Of a DNA stretch of 64,000 nucleotides, positions 29,506 to 38,526 are shown one piece after another. The stretch comes from Candidatus Sericytochromatia bacterium. Its GTDB lineage: Bacteria > Cyanobacteriota > Sericytochromatia > S15B-MN24 > VGJW01. Position numbers and translations under genes: made by a program. Position 1 is the stretch's first letter; every line of letters begins with the position of its first letter. Where the stretch lies: positions 96,001 to 160,000 of the forward strand of contig JAYKHS010000030.1 of the NCBI GenBank assembly GCA_035285865.1, written 5' to 3'. Under the pieces are notes generated by a model, which saw only the letters and a program-made list of their open reading frames with translations, ran no database searches and was not told where the DNA came from.

Positions 29506-30408
29506 ATGACCTTGCCCGGACGCCTGCTCACGGCGATGGTGACTCCCTTCGCTGCGGATGGTGCCGTCGATCTGGCGACTGCGGCGCGCCTGGCGCGTCA
29601 CCTGGTCGCCCAAGGATCCGACGGACTCGTCGTCAACGGCACCACAGGCGAATCGCCGACCCTCTCCGAGTCGGAGCGGGAAGCCCTGCTCGACACCATC
29701 ATTGAGGCCGTCGGGGCGGAACGGGTCGTCATGGGCACCGGTTCCAACGATACGGACGCTGCCGTGCGCATGTCCCGGCAGGCCGCTTCGCGCGGTGTCG
29801 CCGGTCTGCTCGTCATCGCGCCCTACTACAACAAGCCCGACACCCGGGGCCTGGAGGCGCATTTCCGGGCGGTTTCCGCCGCCTCCGACCGGCCAATCAT
29901 CCTCTATAACCATCCGCCGCGGACGGGAGTGGCGATTCCGGCTGCATTGGTGGGGCGTCTTGCGGCGGACTGCCCCACGATCGTGGCCCTCAAGGACAGT
30001 TCGGCCAGCCTCGACGTGGCCACGGAGATTCTGCTGGCCACGCCCCCGGATTTTCTGCTCTACAGTGGCAATGACAGCCTGACGCTGCCCATCATGGCCG
30101 TTGGTGGCCACGGCGTCATCAGTGTGGCATCGCACGTGATCGGCCCGCGCCTCCGGCAGCTCGTCGATGCTGCGGCGTCTGGGGATTTCGGGACGGCCCG
30201 ACGACTGCACCATGAACTGTACGACCTGATGCAGGGCCTGTTCCTGGCCCCGAGTCCGGCACCGGTCAAGGCTGCCTTGGCGTGGACCGGGATGCCGGTG
30301 GGTGGCGTTCGTTTGCCTCTTGTCGATCTCGATGGCCGTGACCGTCAGCGTCTCGAGGGCATCCTGCGCGATGCGGGCCTTGTCGAGGCACTCGGGGTGC
30401 GCGCGTGA
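29506..30408 (+). CDS. dapA: 4-hydroxy-tetrahydrodipicolinate synthase
   Basis: TAMVTPF, GTTGESPTL, PYYNKP, LYNHPPRTG, LKDSS and YSGND motifs. Confidence 0.95.
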   Translation: MTLPGRLLTAMVTPFAADGAVDLATAARLARHLVAQGSDGLVVNGTTGESPTLSESEREALLDTIIEAVGAERVVMGTGSNDTDAAVRMSRQAASRGVAGLLVIAPYYNKPDTRGLEAHFRAVSAASDRPIILYNHPPRTGVAIPAALVGRLAADCPTIVALKDSSASLDVATEILLATPPDFLLYSGNDSLTLPIMAVGGHGVISVASHVIGPRLRQLVDAAASGDFGTARRLHHELYDLMQGLFLAPSPAPVKAALAWTGMPVGGVRLPLVDLDGRDRQRLEGILRDAGLVEALGVRA

Positions 30409-32084
30409 CGGGCATCCGCATCATTCCGCTGGGTGGCCTAGGGGAGATCGGCAAGAACTGCTGGCTCGTCGAGTCGGCTGACGACATGGTGATGCTCGAC
30501 TGCGGATTTGCCTTCCCGACGGAGGAAATGTACGGCGTCGACCTCGTCATCCCGGACTTCACCTATGTCGTGGAACGCGCCCACAAGCTGCGCGGAGTCT
30601 TCGTCTCCCACGGCCATGAGGACCATATCGGTGGTCTGCCGTTCCTCTACCGGGAGCTGCCCGATCCCGGAGTGCCCATCTACGGCACGCCTTTCACGAT
30701 GGCGCTCGTGCAGCGCAAGCTGCACGAAGTCTCCGCGCTGCGTGGCAAGGTGCCACTGGTGCCCTGCGAGCCGCGGTCCGTGGTGCAGGCCGGAGGCCTC
30801 GCGGTCGAGTTCATTCGGGTCTGCCATTCGATCGTCGATGCCGTGGGTTTCGGGATTGGCACGCCCATGGGCACCGTCGTCTACTCCGGTGACTTCAAGA
30901 TGGATCAGACGCCGATGGATGGCCATCGCTTCGACTACTTCCGCTTCGCAGCTCTGGGCGAGGAGGGCGTGCTGGCTCTGCTCTCGGATTCCACGAATGC
31001 GGAGCGCGAGGGCATGACGCCTTCCGAACGCGTGGTGGGCGAGGGGCTCCGGCACGCGTTCGGCGATGCCGCGGGGCGGGTCATCGTGGCCACTTTCGCT
31101 TCGAACGTGCAGCGCGTCCAGCAGGTCATCGAGGTGGCTCACGCCTACGGCCGGCGCGTGGCGCTTGTCGGACGCAGCATGCAACAGGTCACGGAACAGG
31201 CCCTGAAGATGGGCTACATGACGGTGCCGGATGGCGTGCTGGGAAGGGTCGAGGACCTCATGGCCCTGCCACCGGACAAGGTATGCATCGTGACCACCGG
31301 TAGCCAGGGCGAACCGATGAGTGGCCTGTCGCGCATCGCCCACGGCGACCACAAGCACGTCGCGGCCATGGAAGGAGATACCGTCATCCTCTCCGCCGTG
31401 CCGATCCCGGGCAACGAGCGCAGCGTCGGCCGGACCATCAACAAGCTCTTCAGTCGCGGCGTCCACGTCATTTATGAGGGTGAGCGCAGCAATGCCCGTG
31501 CGAGCCGTCATGTCTCGGGGCACGCGAGCCGCGAGGAGCTCAAGATCATGCTTTCCCTGACTCGCCCGCGCTACTTCGTACCGGTGCATGGCGAGCCGCG
31601 TCACCTGATTCACCACGCCGAACTGGCCATCCAGATGGGGGTGCCCCCTCAGCATTGCTTCCTGATGGAGAATGGCGCCGTGCTGGAACTGGGGCCGGAT
31701 GGCGGACAGTTCGGGGAACCCGTGCCTTCCACGCCCTTTCTCGTCGATGGTCAGTTGCTCAAGGACATCGGCACCGCCGTACTCAAGGATCGCAAGCAAC
31801 TGGCCATGGAGGGTGTCGTCTCGGTGGCCCTCACGGTGGACGATGCCGGGCGGCTGACGGACCTGCCTCGTCTGCTCTCGCAAGGATTTGTCCACGGCAA
31901 CGAGTTCATGCGGATGCTGCCTGATGCGGAGGCCCTCGTGGCCGAGGTCGTGGATCGATGTCGTGCAGAGGGCATCGTGACCCGCGAGGCCCTGAAGGCT
32001 CAGGTCTCCGAGGCGCTGAGCCGTTTTCTGAACGAACGCTCAAGGCGCCGGCCGGTCCTGCTGGTCTCCGTGCTCGGCGCCTGA
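30405..32084 (+). CDS. rnj: ribonuclease J
   Basis: PLGGLGEIGKN, HGHEDHIG, TGSQGEP, HVSGH and PVHGE motifs. Confidence 0.95.
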   Translation: MTGIRIIPLGGLGEIGKNCWLVESADDMVMLDCGFAFPTEEMYGVDLVIPDFTYVVERAHKLRGVFVSHGHEDHIGGLPFLYRELPDPGVPIYGTPFTMALVQRKLHEVSALRGKVPLVPCEPRSVVQAGGLAVEFIRVCHSIVDAVGFGIGTPMGTVVYSGDFKMDQTPMDGHRFDYFRFAALGEEGVLALLSDSTNAEREGMTPSERVVGEGLRHAFGDAAGRVIVATFASNVQRVQQVIEVAHAYGRRVALVGRSMQQVTEQALKMGYMTVPDGVLGRVEDLMALPPDKVCIVTTGSQGEPMSGLSRIAHGDHKHVAAMEGDTVILSAVPIPGNERSVGRTINKLFSRGVHVIYEGERSNARASRHVSGHASREELKIMLSLTRPRYFVPVHGEPRHLIHHAELAIQMGVPPQHCFLMENGAVLELGPDGGQFGEPVPSTPFLVDGQLLKDIGTAVLKDRKQLAMEGVVSVALTVDDAGRLTDLPRLLSQGFVHGNEFMRMLPDAEALVAEVVDRCRAEGIVTREALKAQVSEALSRFLNERSRRRPVLLVSVLGA

Positions 32085-32099
32085 AGCCTTCCCTTCGGA

Positions 32100-32783
32100 T
32101 CAGTCCAGTCCGCGGGTCGCGATGATGACGTCGTCCGCCACCTCTTCGGAATCGAAGGTGTAGATGCGGATGTCGGCGGGGGGGACCGTGACGGTGTACT
32201 CACGGGTCTCGACGACCGCTCCCTTCCGGGTGAAGGATACGCTGACGATGGCCTGGCGATTGCCGAAGAACGACTGGTTCCAGACCTGCAGCTCGGTGTG
32301 GGCGCGCAGCGTGCCGAAGAGGGCTAGGCCCGACGTCCACGTCCGCTTCGTCGTGAAGACGAGGTCGGCCGGCGCAGGTGCCACCGGGGCCGGCGTCGCG
32401 ACGGGCACGGGGGTAGGCATCGGCGTCGGAACCACGGTCGGCTGCGGTTCCGGAGTCGGCTGGACCACGGGTACGGGATCGGCTACCGGGGTGGCTTCGG
32501 GAGCCGGACTCTCCGACGGTGCTGGCGCGATGGAGGGTGAGGAGTCGGGTGCGATGGTCGCCTCCGGGACGCTGGGGATACCGAGGTCTTCGGTAGCCAC
32601 GGGAATGTCGTCCGTGGCCCAGGGCAGCGGTTCGTAGGAGTAATCGGGTTCGGGGAGCGGCACGTCCGCCGTGGGCGACGTCTGCAGCGCGACGGACGAC
32701 GCGGTCGTCATCTCGTCCCGCAGGCCGCAGCCGCTGGCCAGTGTGGCCACCAGCAGTACCCGAGCCCAGCGTGTGCGGTGCAT
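32100..32783 (-). CDS. Pro/Thr-rich lipoprotein with small C-terminal beta domain
   Basis: lipobox LASGC; PTP/VPTP linker; GGAGAAGGA RBS. Confidence 0.75.
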   Translation of the reverse strand: MHRTRWARVLLVATLASGCGLRDEMTTASSVALQTSPTADVPLPEPDYSYEPLPWATDDIPVATEDLGIPSVPEATIAPDSSPSIAPAPSESPAPEATPVADPVPVVQPTPEPQPTVVPTPMPTPVPVATPAPVAPAPADLVFTTKRTWTSGLALFGTLRAHTELQVWNQSFFGNRQAIVSVSFTRKGAVVETREYTVTVPPADIRIYTFDSEEVADDVIIATRGLD

Positions 32784-32859
32784 GGTCCTTCTCCTCTCCG
32801 GGGTTATCGCGCACGAGCGATTCTCTCCGGTAAAGGATGGCTCAAGAAATGCTCAAGCT

Positions 32860-33909
32860 TCAGAGCAAGGGGCGGCCGCCTGCCCCGTAGCCCGTGAGCT
32901 CCACGAATCCCCAGCCTGCAGGCTGTCCCCGACGCTGGACATCGACCAGACCTTCCCAGTAGGTGACGCCGGTCGTCCGGCGGGTCCTAAGCTCCTGGTC
33001 GGGCAAAGCGGGACGAAGCTCCAGGGGCGTCGGATCGCCGGGCACCTTGAGGGTCCAGCGCGAAGGGTAGCGGATGCCGGTGCGTGGACTTGTCCACGTT
33101 GCGGTGGCCGAGAGATTGCCCGGTCCCGGGACCCACGTCTCCTGGCGGCCGTCCGGGTGGCGCATCGAGCCTCGGCTCACGCGCAGAATCCCGCCTTGGG
33201 GATTGCGCAGCACGTAAAGCATCACGTCACGTCCGTCGGCCAGGGTGAGGCTGAACCAGTCCCAGCCCACGGCATCCGGTCCGAGACCACTGCTGGTCCA
33301 TTCACGGTCGAGCCAGGCTGCTCCGCGGACCGGCAGGTGCTTGCCATCGATCGCCACCGTACCCGTGGCCTCGAGACGGGGTTGCGAGTAGTAGCGCGAT
33401 CCTTGGTCCACGGCATCCGACTTGCGCGAGTAAGCCGAGGGTCCGTGGATCATCGGAGGCTTCGTCTCCCGGAGCGTCAGGTCGATGCCCCAGCCATCGG
33501 CAGGAAGGCTCAGGTGGGTCTTTGCCCCGTGATGACGCGCCGACCATGTGCCGATGGCGACGTCGAGCCCGTGCTGTTCGGCCCGAGCGCGCCCCATCGC
33601 CGTCCTGCCCGAGGCCTCCGCATGGCGGAAGCGGCTCCCGCGGACGTCTCCCAGCGCCAGATGGCCGACCACAAGGTCACGAGCGTCCCACGGTCCCTTG
33701 ATGGCGTTCGGGCGGGCAGGCAGCTCCCTGCGGAAGAACGTGACCTGGAAGCCGAATACCCCTCGCCCGGGACTTTCGAGGCGGCCAGTCCAGTACCACC
33801 ACTCTGTCCTGTGTCGCGGGTGGGCTCCGTGATCGGCGGGAAAGGACAGGGTCGTGCCGTCCGCGGATGGGTGCAGCCAGCTCCAGGCGACAAGCAGCCA
33901 GGGCATCAT
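32860..33909 (-). CDS. lipocalin-like AttH/CrtC (carotenoid 1,2-hydratase-like) protein
   Basis: FPADHGAHP, TEWWYWTG, FGFQVTFFR, YYSQPRL, WLDREW, GWDWFS, YWEG and GFVELTGY motifs. Confidence 0.9.
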   Translation of the reverse strand: MMPWLLVAWSWLHPSADGTTLSFPADHGAHPRHRTEWWYWTGRLESPGRGVFGFQVTFFRRELPARPNAIKGPWDARDLVVGHLALGDVRGSRFRHAEASGRTAMGRARAEQHGLDVAIGTWSARHHGAKTHLSLPADGWGIDLTLRETKPPMIHGPSAYSRKSDAVDQGSRYYSQPRLEATGTVAIDGKHLPVRGAAWLDREWTSSGLGPDAVGWDWFSLTLADGRDVMLYVLRNPQGGILRVSRGSMRHPDGRQETWVPGPGNLSATATWTSPRTGIRYPSRWTLKVPGDPTPLELRPALPDQELRTRRTTGVTYWEGLVDVQRRGQPAGWGFVELTGYGAGGRPLL

Positions 33910-36404
33910 CGCGCGCGATCTCCCGGGTGCGTGGCGAGCCGTATGGAGCGTGCCGGTCCCACGCTGGCCAGCACGCCTGCGACGGGAAGTCCGAGCAGCA
34001 GGAGCAGCATTCTGCCGGGCTGGGGCGTGAACGGCAGGTGCCAGCCAAACGCTGCCGGATTGAGCACATCCACGAGCAGGAGGGCGAGACCGAGGCCGAG
34101 CCCGACTCCAAGCAGCGTGCCCACCGTCGTGGCCAGCCACGCCTGGCCGAGCGCATAACGCGCGAGGTCGCCCGCCGAGAAGCCGATCCATCGGTAATGA
34201 ATCAGCATCTGTCGCTCCTCGGCGAGGGCGCTCGACTGACTCGAGGAGAGACCCAGCAGGGCCACCACCAGCCCGATGAGTTCGATCGCCCGCGTGAGCG
34301 CGAAGGTCTCGTCGAAGATGCGCAGGACCTCGCCGCGCAACTCCCCGGGTGTCCGACACACGACGGCGTCCGGTTCCGGCAGGCTGGAGAGCAGCGCGCG
34401 TCTGACGGCCCGGGCATCCGTGCCCGGCTCCAGCATGATGGCGAGACTGCGAGGGCGGCCCCACCCCGGGAAGGCACGGGCAAACGTCTCGTGGGCCATG
34501 AACACCTGACCCTGATCGCTGGCATAGTCCTGCACCACGCCGACCAGCGTCAGGCCCATGCTGCCTGTCGCTGCCGGCAGCTCGAGACGCATGCCCGTGT
34601 GCAGGCCGTGGTGCCGCCAGAGGGCCTCGGTGACGAGGACCTCGTCCCCAGTCCGGGGCATACGCCCCTCGAGCATGGGCAACTCACCCCGCGCAGCACG
34701 TGCTGCCAACGGCATTCCGACGAGGACGACGGGGCGTTGATGCCACTGGGTCCTTACCTCAAGGGTCCGTTCGACCGCCCTGACTCCGCGCAAGCCTGCC
34801 ACGTGGGCGGCCAGAGCGGGTGAGAGCGTTCCCCCCTCTCGCGTGCCCTCGCCCTGGCGCGCGCTCAGGAAGAGGTCGGCAGAGAGCGTGCGCTGGGCCC
34901 AGTGCGCGACGGATCCCCGGAAGGAGGAGACCATCGTGCCCATGCCGAGCACCATGCCCGTGGCAAGGACAATGGCCGAGACGGCCAAGGCGTGCCTTCG
35001 CCAGCCCTGGGCCAGGGAGCGGGCGGCGAGCGGCAGGACAAGCAGCAAAGGCTGCCGACCGGGTGCGCGCAGGCCGTGAAGTGCCCGCAGAAGGACCGGC
35101 ACGAGGCAAGCGGTGCCTGCGGAGAGTAGGGTTGCGGAGGCGAGGGCGACCACGTTCGTGAGGGTACGATCCCGACCAGTCGCGACTGCGGCCGAAGCGG
35201 TCATGCCGGCGCAGACGAGCAGTCCGAGGCCACCGAGGGTCCAGCCCACCGGCCACGGTGGGGGCTGTCGCTCGGGTTGGTGTTCCAAGCCCGTCATCGA
35301 CGGTGCGAGGCTCAGGGCTTTGTAGGCAGGAACTCCTGCGGCCACGGCACCGAGCAAGGTGGAGCAGCCCAGCGCAAGCAGGATGTCCCCGCCCTCGAGA
35401 TGACTCCAGGCGGGTCCTGTGCGCCCGTAGAGGGCCGAGACCGTGCTGCGGATGGCTTGGGTCGTCCCGCTGGCGAGGGCCACCCCGAGCAGCACGCCCA
35501 GAGTTCCGCCGACGGCACCGATGATGGCTCCCTCGGCCAAAAGCACGCTGGCGATGGCGCGCCTCGAGGCGCCAAGCGCATGCAATCGGGCCATCGTGCT
35601 TCGTCTGGCGCCGAAAGAGCGACCCAGCAGGTTCAGGTTCAAGGCGGCACCGAGCAGGACGGAGACGAGGCTCAGCGCAGCCAGGTTGAAGCGGAAGGCC
35701 CGAGCCATCTGATCGAGGACGCGTGCGCGGGACCCGGCAGGCTCCAGCACGAGGCCTCGCGATCGCACACGCGCTGCAAGCGCCTCACCGACGCTGGCCC
35801 GCACGAGGACGCGGTCGAGTCGTCCGGGTCGCTCGAGCAGGCGCTGGGCTTCGGCGATGTCGCAGATGACCCGCGGCTGCGTCGGTCGGTTTCCCAAAGG
35901 CAGCAGGCGTCCCGCAATGCGCAGGCGCAACTGGCGGGAGCCTGCCATCACGGGGACATTCTGGCCGACCGTCCCGGCCCCGGGCCAGAGTACGGCAGCG
36001 GGCCCGAACATGTCCGCAGGATCGGCAACACCTCGTACTTCTCCCCACGCCTCGATCGGTGCCGCAAGGTCGATCCCGGTCAGCATGAGATCCTGTGGAT
36101 CCGGGCCCATCGTCCGGATTTCCCCTTCGATCAGAGGGATCAAGGGATCGGTGGCCGGGACGAGCGATTGCAGGTCGACGAGGATACGCTCGTCCAGGTC
36201 TCCCGCCGGAGCTCGGATGACGTGGCCCGGCGGGCCTGCCAGGGTCTCCAGACCCGACATGAAGGCCTGGTGGACCGAGCGGCTGGCGAGGTGAACGGAA
36301 AGCGCGACCCCGCTGCCGAGCGCAACGCCAAGCACAGTGACCACGAGGCCCCATGGAGCCTTGACCCACCAGCCCGCAGACAGGGCCCGGACTAGTGTCC
36401 TCAA
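33906..36404 (-). CDS. FtsX/MacB-like ABC permease (AttF/G-type)
   Basis: duplicated FtsX permease domains; GVALG, MVSSFR and IFDETFALT motifs. Confidence 0.9.
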   Translation of the reverse strand: MRTLVRALSAGWWVKAPWGLVVTVLGVALGSGVALSVHLASRSVHQAFMSGLETLAGPPGHVIRAPAGDLDERILVDLQSLVPATDPLIPLIEGEIRTMGPDPQDLMLTGIDLAAPIEAWGEVRGVADPADMFGPAAVLWPGAGTVGQNVPVMAGSRQLRLRIAGRLLPLGNRPTQPRVICDIAEAQRLLERPGRLDRVLVRASVGEALAARVRSRGLVLEPAGSRARVLDQMARAFRFNLAALSLVSVLLGAALNLNLLGRSFGARRSTMARLHALGASRRAIASVLLAEGAIIGAVGGTLGVLLGVALASGTTQAIRSTVSALYGRTGPAWSHLEGGDILLALGCSTLLGAVAAGVPAYKALSLAPSMTGLEHQPERQPPPWPVGWTLGGLGLLVCAGMTASAAVATGRDRTLTNVVALASATLLSAGTACLVPVLLRALHGLRAPGRQPLLLVLPLAARSLAQGWRRHALAVSAIVLATGMVLGMGTMVSSFRGSVAHWAQRTLSADLFLSARQGEGTREGGTLSPALAAHVAGLRGVRAVERTLEVRTQWHQRPVVLVGMPLAARAARGELPMLEGRMPRTGDEVLVTEALWRHHGLHTGMRLELPAATGSMGLTLVGVVQDYASDQGQVFMAHETFARAFPGWGRPRSLAIMLEPGTDARAVRRALLSSLPEPDAVVCRTPGELRGEVLRIFDETFALTRAIELIGLVVALLGLSSSQSSALAEERQMLIHYRWIGFSAGDLARYALGQAWLATTVGTLLGVGLGLGLALLLVDVLNPAAFGWHLPFTPQPGRMLLLLLGLPVAGVLASVGPARSIRLATHPGDRAR

Positions 36405-37075
36405 GCCTCGAACCGCCCATCCACGAGCAAGAGGCAGCGGTCGGCCGCAGCCGCCACTTCAGGATCGTGCGTCACCATCAGCACGCCGGTCCCGGAGGTC
36501 CGGACGAGCGAGCCGATCAGGGCGAGCATGGCGCGTCCTGTCTCACGATCGAGATTGCCCGTGGGCTCATCGGCCACGACGAGGGCCGGTGCATGGACGA
36601 GGGCGCGCGCCAGCGCCACGCGCTGCTGCTGGCCGCCCGAGAGGGCAGATGGATGTCGCGCGACGGCATGGCCGAGACCCACGGCCTCGAGCATGGCCAC
36701 GGCGCGTCGCTCGGCATCGGCGGAGGGCGCGCCCTGGAGGTCGAGCGGCAGGCGCACGTTCCCGAGGACGTCCAGGGTGGGCAGCAAGTGGAAGGCTTGG
36801 TGCAGGTGGCCGAGTCGCTCCCGACGAAGACGCGTCAGGGCAGCGTCAGAAAGATTTTCGGTCCGAAGGCCGTCGAGGGCGAGCGTCCCTGCGTCGGGAC
36901 GGTCCGTCAGGGCCACCAGATGGAGCAAGGTGCTCTTGCCGCTTCCGCTGGGGCCCATGATGGCCACCCATTCTCCCGGTCGGATGCTGAGGTCGATACC
37001 GTCCAGTGCCCTGTGTTCAGCTCCTGTGCCCTTGCCGTGGATGCGAACGAGTCCACGAGCCTCGACCAGGTTCAC
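36401..37075 (-). CDS. ABC transporter ATP-binding protein (LolD/AttE-like)
   Basis: GPSGSGKST, LSGGQQQRVALARA, ADEPTGNLD and VTHD motifs. Confidence 0.93.
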   Translation of the reverse strand: MNLVEARGLVRIHGKGTGAEHRALDGIDLSIRPGEWVAIMGPSGSGKSTLLHLVALTDRPDAGTLALDGLRTENLSDAALTRLRRERLGHLHQAFHLLPTLDVLGNVRLPLDLQGAPSADAERRAVAMLEAVGLGHAVARHPSALSGGQQQRVALARALVHAPALVVADEPTGNLDRETGRAMLALIGSLVRTSGTGVLMVTHDPEVAAAADRCLLLVDGRFEA

Positions 37076-37794
37076 GTATCCTGCCCGGGCAACGGGAGCG
37101 TGCGGCGCGCCCGGAGGCGATTCAAGCGCTGCTGGGCATCCTGCCGGACCTCACGCCACGACTGGCCGTGCAGCGGGTGGTCATGCAACTGGCCGGGATC
37201 CGCTGCCAGCCATGTCCCCAAGTCCTCGAACGGGCCTTCAAGTCCGCTGTCCTGCGTGACATCGAGCAGACCGTCCTTGGTGCCGTCCCACTCCAATTGC
37301 AGGCTGCCGTCATGGCCCCAGCCCAGCTGATTCGGACCGCGGCCCAACGCTTCGCGCACCCGCAGCAGCAGCGGAGCGTCCAGCAGGTAGCTGTCCGTTC
37401 GATACCATCGGCCCGCCACCCTGAGCTCCGTGACGGCGTGGACAAGATGCGGCCCCGGATACACGAGTCCGGAGAGGAAGGCGGCAGGCAATCTCGTGAT
37501 GTATTGGCGAGCCTCTTGTCCCGAGGCGCGCCAGAGCGCAGTCAGGAGGGTGGACTTGCCAAGTCCGTCTGCCACGCCTGCAGTCAGGACCTCGGAGGCC
37601 CTGTAGTGGAGCCGTTCTGCAGGAAACCCGAAGGCGATCGCGTCCCTGACATGCCTGTGACAGGCCGCAGCGGCTTCGGCAGTCGGCTCGGGCACGAGTC
37701 GTCGGGCCAATCGTCGGATGGCACCATGGGCACAGTCGACCCACGGGGTGGGTACGTCCCACCGGGTCTCCCGCTCTGTGGTTTCGCCCTGCAC
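37072..37794 (-). CDS. transglutaminase-like protein lacking the catalytic Cys
   Basis: HVRDAIAFGF...ASEVL..GVADGLGKSTLLTALWRASG..AR; HAVTE....GRWYRTDSY. Confidence 0.7.
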   Translation of the reverse strand: MQGETTERETRWDVPTPWVDCAHGAIRRLARRLVPEPTAEAAAACHRHVRDAIAFGFPAERLHYRASEVLTAGVADGLGKSTLLTALWRASGQEARQYITRLPAAFLSGLVYPGPHLVHAVTELRVAGRWYRTDSYLLDAPLLLRVREALGRGPNQLGWGHDGSLQLEWDGTKDGLLDVTQDSGLEGPFEDLGTWLAADPGQLHDHPLHGQSWREVRQDAQQRLNRLRARRTLPLPGQDT

Positions 37795-37883
37795 GTGCTG
37801 CCCTGATACCTGACGAACCGGAGATCGCTCCGGGCGATCCGGAAACCGAGTGCCACCGCGTTGCCCGGGATGCGCCGGACAGG

Positions 37884-37957
37884 AAATATCCGGGAAGTGC
37901 TGACAACCTGTCCCGACCCGGCCAGCACTTCCCGGACACCCGAGCGTTGACCGCTCT
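37884..37957 (-). ncRNA. candidate structured small RNA, copy 1
   Basis: 5' hairpin GAGCG-gtcaa-CGCTC, then an ~20-bp stem GGGTGTCCGGGAAGTGCTGGC/GTCAGCACTTCCCGGATATTT closing the 16-nt loop CGGGTCGGGACAGGTT; begins 7 nt below a -10 box. Confidence 0.6.
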
Positions 37958-37963
37958 GCAATC

Positions 37964-37993
37964 AGAATAGAGGCATAGACACGAACTAGTCAA
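37964..37993 (-). promoter_or_regulatory. sigma70-type promoter, copy 1
   Basis: TTGACT-N18-TATTCT on the minus strand. Confidence 0.65.
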
Positions 37994-38071
37994 TAGCTAG
38001 ACGAAGGTTGCTCTGTCCTGGCTTTCGCGCCGGTGCACCGCTCCTCTCTCGTCATCGGGGGGCACCCAAAC

Positions 38072-38146
38072 GAATATCCGGGAAGTGCTGACAACCTGTC
38101 CCGACCCGGTCAGCGCTTCCCGGACACCCGAGCGGCGTACCGCTCT
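38072..38146 (-). ncRNA. candidate structured small RNA, copy 2
   Basis: GAGCGG-tacg-CCGCTC hairpin, then stem GGGTGTCCGGGAAGCGCTGAC/GTCAGCACTTCCCGGATATTC with the identical 16-nt loop. Confidence 0.6.
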
Positions 38147-38152
38147 GAACTC

Positions 38153-38182
38153 AAGGTAGAGCATTGGGCACTAGTTGGTCAA
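38153..38182 (-). promoter_or_regulatory. sigma70-type promoter, copy 2
   Basis: TTGACC-N18-TACCTT on the minus strand, same geometry as copy 1. Confidence 0.6.
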
Positions 38183-38229
38183 TAGGTAGACGAAATCGAT
38201 ACAATCCGATAGACAGTTCGTTACTCGAC

Positions 38230-38271
38230 TTAACGAAAGAGCTCCCGGACCAGCGGTCCGAGAGCTCTTTC
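38230..38271 (-). terminator. intrinsic terminator of rpmB
   Basis: GAAAGAGCTC-TCGGACC-GCT-GGTCCGG-GAGCTCTTTCGTT hairpin just after the rpmB stop. Confidence 0.75.
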
Positions 38272-38283
38272 CGACGTCAAGCG

Positions 38284-38526
38284 TCAGCCCTTGAGGAGCG
38301 ACTCCGAGGCACCGTAGCGCTTCAGAGCGTCACGCAGGCCGTAGCGGCCGATGGTCTTGATGACCTTGGCCGAGACCCGAAGGCGAACCCAACGGTTCTC
38401 GTCCTCGAGGAAGAAACGCTTCCACTGCAGGTTGGGCTCCTGGCGGCGCTTGGTCTTGACGTGGGAATGACTGACGGCGTTCGCCACATTGGGCTTCTTG
38501 CCGGACACCATGCACTTGCGGGCCAC
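38284..38526 (-). CDS. rpmB: 50S ribosomal protein L28
   Basis: MARKCMVSGKKPNVANAVSHSHVKTKRRQEPNLQWKRFF. Confidence 0.96.
   Translation of the reverse strand: MARKCMVSGKKPNVANAVSHSHVKTKRRQEPNLQWKRFFLEDENRWVRLRVSAKVIKTIGRYGLRDALKRYGASESLLKG

Larger units (their letters stand above)
37885..38194. repeat. two ~121-bp direct repeats (37885-38005 and 38073-38194)
   Basis: AATATCCGGGAAGTGCTGACAACCTGTCCCGACCCGG-CAGC-CTTCCCGGACACCCGAGCG...CCGCTCTG...GTCAATAG-TAGACGAA is shared by both copies. Confidence 0.95.

Noticed and set aside
37885..38194. CRISPR array or REP/MITE interpretation of the direct repeats
   Set aside because: Only two units of ~120 bp, each containing promoter boxes; no repeat-spacer periodicity, cas genes, terminal inverted repeats or target-site duplications, and no further copies noticed in the window
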